Shown piece by piece: positions 58,905 to 64,000 of a stretch of DNA of 64,000 bases. The translations under genes were made by a program, and so were the position numbers. Numbering within the stretch: position 1 is the stretch's first letter; the number at the start of each line of letters is the position of its first letter. Source of the stretch: Methanomassiliicoccaceae archaeon (GTDB taxonomy: Archaea; Thermoplasmatota; Thermoplasmata; Methanomassiliicoccales; Methanomassiliicoccaceae); assembly GCA_040776945.1 (NCBI GenBank), contig JAXGZN010000001.1, positions 1,042,720 to 1,106,719 on the forward strand, read 5' to 3'. The notes beneath the pieces were generated by a model. It had not been told where the DNA came from. It did no database searches and was given only the letters and a program-made list of their open reading frames with translations.

Positions 58905-60248
58905 GTGGTCAAGGTCATCATAATGGGCGCGGCGGGGCGGGACTTCCACAACTTCAACACATACTTCCGGGGGAACGATGACTATGATGTCATCGCCTTC
59001 ACCGCGGCGCAGATCCCGGATATCGAGGGCCGATGCTACCCGAAAAAGCTGGCCGGGGACCGTTATCCGCACGGAATACCGATCGTGGCCGAGGACGAGC
59101 TGCCGGAGCTTATCCGCGAGCACGGCGTGGAGCAGGTGGTCCTGGCTTACTCCGACCTGTCGTACGGGGAGGTGATGCACAAGGCCTCGAAGGTCATCGC
59201 CTCCGGAGCGGACTTCCGGCTCATGGGGAACCCGAGGATAATGCTGGAAGCGAAGGTGCCGGTGGTGAGCATCTGCGCGGTGCGCACCGGGTCGGGCAAA
59301 TCGCCGACCACCCGGAAGGTGTGCCGGATCCTAAAGGACCTGGGACTCAGGGTCGTGGCCGTCCGCCACCCCATGCCCTACGGGGACCTGTGCAAACAGA
59401 TCTCGCAGCGGTACGCCTCGTACGATGACCTCGACCGCTTCGAGACCACCATCGAGGAGCGCGAGGAATACGAGCCGCTGATCGACAACGGCATCGTGGT
59501 GTACGCCGGGGTGGATTATGAGGTGATACTGCACGAGGCCGAGAAGGAGGCCGACGTCATCGTATGGGACGGGGGGAACAACGACTTCCCGTTCTACCGC
59601 AGCGACCTGAAGCTCGTAATAGCGGACCCCCACCGCCCAGGCCACGAGTCGTCCTACTACCCGGGCGAGGTGAACGTTCTCACCGCCGACGTCATCATAA
59701 TCAATAAGGTGCAGACCGCGGACCGCGGGGACATCCTCAAGGTCAAGGAGAACTGCAAGCGGCTGAACCCGCGGGCGTTGATCATAGAGGCCGCCTCGCC
59801 GATCACGATCGATGAGGGAGCGAGCGTCCGGGGCAAGAGGACGCTGGTGGTGGAGGACGGACCGACGGTGACGCACGGCGGCATGGCCTTCGGCGCCGGG
59901 CTCATCGCCGCCGAGGACCACGGAGCGATCATATGCGACCCCCGGCCGAGCGCGGTCGGCTCGATCCTCGAGACCATGGACAGGTTCCCCCACCTTACCC
60001 AGGTGCTCCCGGCCATGGGCTATTCTCCAGAGCAGGTACGCGAGCTGGAGAGCTCGATCAACAACGCCAAGTGCGACGTGGTGATCACCGGCACCCCGAT
60101 AGACCTGAGGCGCATCCTCAAGGTGAACAAGCCGCTCGTGCGCGCTAGGTACGAGATCGCGGAGATCGGACGGCCGGACCTCGAAGAGATAGTGAAGGGA
60201 TGGTGGGAGCGGACGAGGGCGCGGGAGAGGCGTCCGCCCGCCCCATAG
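58905..60248 (+). CDS. ArcE-like arginine synthetase / cDPGS-like P-loop protein
   Basis: IMGAAGRDFHNFN, AVRTGSGKS, RHPMPYGDL, TIEEREEYEP, WDGGNND, VEDGPTVTHGGM, LPAMGY. Confidence 0.75.
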   Translation: MVKVIIMGAAGRDFHNFNTYFRGNDDYDVIAFTAAQIPDIEGRCYPKKLAGDRYPHGIPIVAEDELPELIREHGVEQVVLAYSDLSYGEVMHKASKVIASGADFRLMGNPRIMLEAKVPVVSICAVRTGSGKSPTTRKVCRILKDLGLRVVAVRHPMPYGDLCKQISQRYASYDDLDRFETTIEEREEYEPLIDNGIVVYAGVDYEVILHEAEKEADVIVWDGGNNDFPFYRSDLKLVIADPHRPGHESSYYPGEVNVLTADVIIINKVQTADRGDILKVKENCKRLNPRALIIEAASPITIDEGASVRGKRTLVVEDGPTVTHGGMAFGAGLIAAEDHGAIICDPRPSAVGSILETMDRFPHLTQVLPAMGYSPEQVRELESSINNAKCDVVITGTPIDLRRILKVNKPLVRARYEIAEIGRPDLEEIVKGWWERTRARERRPPAP

Positions 60249-60264
60249 CGCCACCGGCCGCCCT

Positions 60265-60657
60265 TCAGGACTTGACGAACTTGATGTACTCCAGCGTATC
60301 GTCCCGCTGGAACGCGGCCAGCATGTCCTTGATCTGCTCTGCCGGCCCGTCCACCAGGAACACGTCCAGGCACTTGCCGTTCTTCAAGTGCGAGTGAACC
60401 TGGGTCTTGATGTTTTCCTTGAACCGGTGCCTCAGCTCGTCAGGACCATGGCCCTCGTCGGTCTTGTGGACGGAGATCATGATGCCCTCGACATCTCCCT
60501 CCATCTTCTCCCTTTCCCTTATCTCCTCCTCGGCCGAGCGGAGGCAGACCCTGATGGTCTCGCTCCGGCCGGCCAGTCCCAGGATGTCCTGCAGCCGGTC
60601 CAGGTCCTGGATGTTCCTGTCGGTGAGGGAGACGCTGATGACGGTCATGTTGCGCAT
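60265..60657 (-). CDS. nikR: NikR-like ribbon-helix-helix metalloregulator
   Basis: VISVSL...GRSETIR; metal-site-like LRH...VHSHL...CLDVF. Confidence 0.78.
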   Translation of the reverse strand: MRNMTVISVSLTDRNIQDLDRLQDILGLAGRSETIRVCLRSAEEEIREREKMEGDVEGIMISVHKTDEGHGPDELRHRFKENIKTQVHSHLKNGKCLDVFLVDGPAEQIKDMLAAFQRDDTLEYIKFVKS

Positions 60658-60669
60658 CGGCCATCCATT

Positions 60670-60729
60670 GTTAATAGTGTATTTATAAAATGATGATAAC
60701 AAGTTAATAGTTACATCTTTATTTGTTAT
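60670..60729. promoter_or_regulatory. Divergent nikR/znuA promoter with operator-like repeats
   Basis: ATAACAA (60696)-N20-TTGTTAT (60723) inverted repeat; GTTAATAGT direct repeat at 60670 and 60703. Confidence 0.5.
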
Positions 60730-60759
60730 TATTCTTGTCATAGCCATCGGGAAACTCGC

Positions 60760-62091
60760 ATGAACCTCAGCAGAAGAGCAAGAACGATGCTGGCCGTCGT
60801 CCTGGTGGCAGCGGTCATCGTGGCCGGATCGGCGGCTATACTGTCGACGGCCGAAGAGCCTGGCTCGGATAAGCTGCGGGTGGTGGCCACGATCTATCCA
60901 TTGTACTACTTCTCATCCGAGGTCGGCGGCGACCGGACGGAGGTGTCCAAGCTCATCCCGGACAACGCGGAGCCGCACTCCTGGGAGCCGACCGCATCGG
61001 ACATGATCAAGGTGAGCAAGGCCCGCGTCCTGGTGTACAACGGGGCGGGCCTCGAGCCCTGGCTCGGAACGGTGATGAGCGCCGTCAGCTCCTCGGACCT
61101 GGTGGCGGTCGACAGCAGCAGGAACGTCCATCTCATGTTGTCCGGCGAGGTGGAGGAGATGTACGAAAGGGCGGCAGAGGCGCTCAACGGCACCGCCATC
61201 TCGCTCTCCGCATCGCCCGCGCGCTCGGACGCGCCGGCCATCGATGAAACTGGCTACTACGACGTGGCCCTCGCGGACATCGAGGGGGGCAAGGGCGGCC
61301 ACCTAAGGCTCGTGCCCGCCGAGGATATGGACCTGAGGTTCTTCGTGACCAGCTCCGCCGACCTGACGATCTCATTGCTGGACGGCACCAAGGTGGAGTG
61401 CGGGATGGAGAGCGGAGCGGTGCCCTCGCACCCCATGTTCGGCGAGGTCAAGTTCGTAGAGCTAAAGGCAGGGACCGAGTATGTGCTCGAGCTCCGCTCC
61501 AGCTCCGACCGCGCCGGCCTGGTGGTGGTCAGGGCCGAGCACGATGGCGGCGAGAAGCATGAGCACGGGCTGAACGACCCGCACTTCTGGCTCGACCCGC
61601 TGAGCGCCAAGGTGCAGGTCCGGAACATTATGGAGGGGTTCATAGAGGCCGATCCCGAGCATGCTGATGAGTACCGCGCGAACGCGGCCGGCCTGATGGA
61701 GCGTCTGGACGCGCTGGACCGGGCCTACGCCCAGGGGCTGGAGGGCCGCACCAAGAACGCCATAATCACCACCCACGAGGCCTTCAACTACCTGGCAGCT
61801 CGCTACGGCTTCGAGGCGTACGCGGCCACCGGCATCTCCGCCGACGCGCAGCCGAGCGCCAAGGACATGGCCGCGCTGGTGAAGATGGTGCAGGACCACG
61901 GCCTTCACTACGTGTTCTCCGATCCCGCCTACAGCGACGCGGAGATGCGCACCATCGCCTCGGAGACCGGGGCCACTGTGCTTATCCTCGACACCGCCGC
62001 GGGGCGCTCCGGCATCCACGCGGGAATGGACTACTTCGGCATAATGTACGCCAACCTGGAGCAGCTGAGGATCGGGCTGGAGGCCGCCTGA
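60760..62091 (+). CDS. znuA: Metal ABC substrate-binding protein (ZnuA/cluster A-I) with an inserted domain
   Basis: VVATIYP, EPHSWEP, NGAGLEPW, DPHFWLDP, TTHEAFNYLA. Confidence 0.85.
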   Translation: MNLSRRARTMLAVVLVAAVIVAGSAAILSTAEEPGSDKLRVVATIYPLYYFSSEVGGDRTEVSKLIPDNAEPHSWEPTASDMIKVSKARVLVYNGAGLEPWLGTVMSAVSSSDLVAVDSSRNVHLMLSGEVEEMYERAAEALNGTAISLSASPARSDAPAIDETGYYDVALADIEGGKGGHLRLVPAEDMDLRFFVTSSADLTISLLDGTKVECGMESGAVPSHPMFGEVKFVELKAGTEYVLELRSSSDRAGLVVVRAEHDGGEKHEHGLNDPHFWLDPLSAKVQVRNIMEGFIEADPEHADEYRANAAGLMERLDALDRAYAQGLEGRTKNAIITTHEAFNYLAARYGFEAYAATGISADAQPSAKDMAALVKMVQDHGLHYVFSDPAYSDAEMRTIASETGATVLILDTAAGRSGIHAGMDYFGIMYANLEQLRIGLEAA

Positions 62092-62114
62092 CCGGAGGAC
62101 GAGAGGTCGTTAGG

Positions 62115-62891
62115 ATGACGGAAAAGATAATCGAGGTCAAGGACATCGTCGTGCGGTTCAACGGCACACCTGTGCTGGACCACGTGTCCCTGGACGTGAT
62201 GCGCGGTGATTTCCTGGGGATAGTCGGGCCCAACGGCGGAGGCAAGACCACCCTGCTCAACGCGATCCTGGGGAACGTGAAGGTCACCTCGGGAGAGGTA
62301 CGGCTCTTCGGCACCGAGCTGTCGCGGTTCCGGGACTTTCACCGCATCGGGTACGTGGCGCAGCATGCCATCCAGTTCGATCCGCTGTTCCCGGCAACGG
62401 TAGAGGAGATCGTCCGGCTGGGGTGCGTGTCCCAGACCAATATCGGGCGCAGGCTCTCCGCGCAGGACCGCAAAGCGGTCGATGAGGTCATGGAGCTGGT
62501 GGGGATCGGGGACATCCGGAGGCGGAAGATAAGCGAGCTATCCGGCGGACAGAAGCAGCGCATCTTCATAGCAAAGGCCCTGGTGCGGCGGCCAGAGCTT
62601 TTAGTGCTGGACGAGGCCGCCAGCGGCCTCGACGTGTCCATCCAGGACCGCTTCGTCAGCCTGCTGAAGCACCTTAGCGAAGAGACCGGGGTGACCATCG
62701 TAACGGTGTCCCACGACCTCTCCGGAGTGATGTGCCAGGCCAACAAGCTCGCCGTCGTGAACCGCCGCATCGAGGTAACCGAGATCACCGAGGGGATGGA
62801 CGTCAGCGGCGCGCTGCGCGACGCTTATGGGGAACACTTCACCTTCGTGTTCCATGACCACCGCGACAAATGCCTGATCCGCAACGGGTGA
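62115..62891 (+). CDS. znuC: Metal ABC ATP-binding protein
   Basis: GPNGGGKTT, IGYVAQ, LSGGQKQR, LDE, VSHDL. Confidence 0.88.
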   Translation: MTEKIIEVKDIVVRFNGTPVLDHVSLDVMRGDFLGIVGPNGGGKTTLLNAILGNVKVTSGEVRLFGTELSRFRDFHRIGYVAQHAIQFDPLFPATVEEIVRLGCVSQTNIGRRLSAQDRKAVDEVMELVGIGDIRRRKISELSGGQKQRIFIAKALVRRPELLVLDEAASGLDVSIQDRFVSLLKHLSEETGVTIVTVSHDLSGVMCQANKLAVVNRRIEVTEITEGMDVSGALRDAYGEHFTFVFHDHRDKCLIRNG

Positions 62892-62895
62892 CATC

Positions 62896-63738
62896 ATGAT
62901 CGACCTTCTCTCGATGTTCGACTACGCGTTCTTCCAACGGGCCTTCCTGGGCGGACTGTGCGCCGCGGTGCTGTGTTCGATCCTCGGCGTCTTCATCGTG
63001 CTCAGGCGCTCGGCGCTGATCGGCGAGGGGCTCGCACATCTCTCCTTCGGGGGCATCGCCCTAGGGCTGTTCCTCTCGGTGTATCCGCTGGACACCGCTC
63101 TTTTGCTGTCGCTCCTGGGGACCCTGGGCATTGCCTATATGCAGCGCAAGCGGATCGTGTACTCGGAGATGGCCATAGGGATCGTGATCTCCTTCGGCCT
63201 GGGCCTCGGGGCGGTGCTTGCCAGCATGGCCGGGGGATTCAGCGTCGACCTGTTCTCTTACCTCTTCGGTTCCATCCTTACGATATCGAGGGACGACCTC
63301 CTCCTCATCCTGGCGCTTTCGGCGGTATCGCTGTTCTTCGTCTCCCTTCTTTACAAAGAGCTGATGTACATGACCTTCGATGAAACGGGAGCGAGGCTCT
63401 CGGGCATCCCGGTGGGCGCGATCGACACGATCTTCAACGTCATGCTAGCGCTCACGGTCGTGGTCTCCATCAAGATCGTCGGCTCCCTGCTGGTCTCAGC
63501 GCTGCTCATAATCCCAGCGTCCTCGGCGATGCAGCTCTCGCGCTCTTTCCGGGGCACGGTCATGATCAGCGTGGCGATGGGCATAATCGCGGTGATGCTC
63601 GGTCTGGTGCTCTCCTTCCTTTACGACGTTGCCACCGGCGGAGCTATCGTGCTGATAAGCATCTCCATCTTCCTGCTTTGCGTGGTGCTGAAGAAGGTAC
63701 TGCACATGCCGGACGATGCAGATCCTCAGCAGCAATAG
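62896..63738 (+). CDS. znuB: Metal ABC permease
   Basis: LGVFIVLRRSALIGEGLAHLSFGG, SYLFGSIL, VGSLLVSALLIIP. Confidence 0.9.
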   Translation: MIDLLSMFDYAFFQRAFLGGLCAAVLCSILGVFIVLRRSALIGEGLAHLSFGGIALGLFLSVYPLDTALLLSLLGTLGIAYMQRKRIVYSEMAIGIVISFGLGLGAVLASMAGGFSVDLFSYLFGSILTISRDDLLLILALSAVSLFFVSLLYKELMYMTFDETGARLSGIPVGAIDTIFNVMLALTVVVSIKIVGSLLVSALLIIPASSAMQLSRSFRGTVMISVAMGIIAVMLGLVLSFLYDVATGGAIVLISISIFLLCVVLKKVLHMPDDADPQQQ

Positions 63739-63905
63739 CGCCGGGACGTATGGACGCCGGCCGGCGGGGCGGGAGCACACGATCTGAACGTCGGCGCGCA
63801 CTTGGGGTCTCGACGGGACGAATGGACAGGCCGACATCGATCTGAGGAGTGCTCTCCGCCAGCCACCAAAGGATAAAATAATCTTCTCGCCATGGAAGGC
63901 CGCCT

Positions 63906-63989
63906 GCGGGGGTAGTCAAGCATGGCCAACGGCGCGGGACTTAAGATCCCGTCCTTAGTGGTTCGTGGGTTCAAATCCCTCCCCCCGCA
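63906..63989 (+). tRNA. tRNA-Leu(TAA)
   Basis: Acceptor GCGGGGG/CCCCCGC plus A; anticodon arm CGGGA-CTTAAGA-TCCCG; long variable arm; T-loop GGTTCAAATCC; no intron. Confidence 0.93.
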
Positions 63990-64000
63990 CCCATAATAAT

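Noticed and set aside
4894-63738. TAG stops (fpoJ1, deacetylase, gamma-CA, cooC, permease, arcE-like, znuB) as possible pyrrolysine read-through
   Set aside because: The proteins look complete at the TAG. Read-through of fpoJ1 is out of frame with J2, gamma-CA hits TGA two codons later, and no pyl or methylamine methyltransferase genes are in the window.
1-64000. Many long overlapping alternative-frame and antisense ORFs (e.g. 13900-15078, 26943-28328, 49736-50971, 22536-23522)
   Set aside because: They are shadows of real genes in high-GC DNA, R/G/P-rich or antisense, with no recognisable motifs
63906-64000. tRNA-Leu as an integration site of an island in this window
   Set aside because: I saw no duplicate of the tRNA 3' end and no integrase in the window; sequence beyond the right edge cannot be assessed

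Overview
GC-rich archaeal chromosomal segment, most consistent with a Methanomassiliicoccales methanogen (Thermoplasmatota). This assignment is inferred from an Fpo-like complex I operon with split J and no input module (fpoA-B-C-D-H-I-J1-J2-K-L-M-N, 1-9489, minus strand), methanogenesis marker 11, archaeal PpcA, CDC48 and KptA. The main feature is a dispersed ~35 kb one-carbon region (17190-52446). It encodes a tetrahydrofolate methyl branch (folD, fhs, metV-metF with two minimal HdrA-like proteins and MvhD), AcsE, a RACo corrinoid activator, CooC/AcsF, the corrinoid Fe-S protein (AcsC/AcsD), a bacterial-type acetyl-CoA synthase AcsB, a folate-independent core methionine synthase, PurH and a gamma-CA/PpcA unit. 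No CO dehydrogenase gene lies in the window. Accessory genes sit at convergent junctions: a 48-Cys secreted repeat protein, a solo Cas4/RecB-like nuclease, a VapBC pair, a Vps62-like membrane protein and a frameshifted ABC transporter. The right end has an AbrB-ACT tandem protein, a Fic pseudogene, a PadR-ABC exporter, an ArcE-like enzyme, a NikR-like regulator with a ZnuABC-type importer, and tRNA-Leu(TAA). No CRISPR array, rRNA or transposase was seen. All calls come from motif recognition by eye; no database searches were run.
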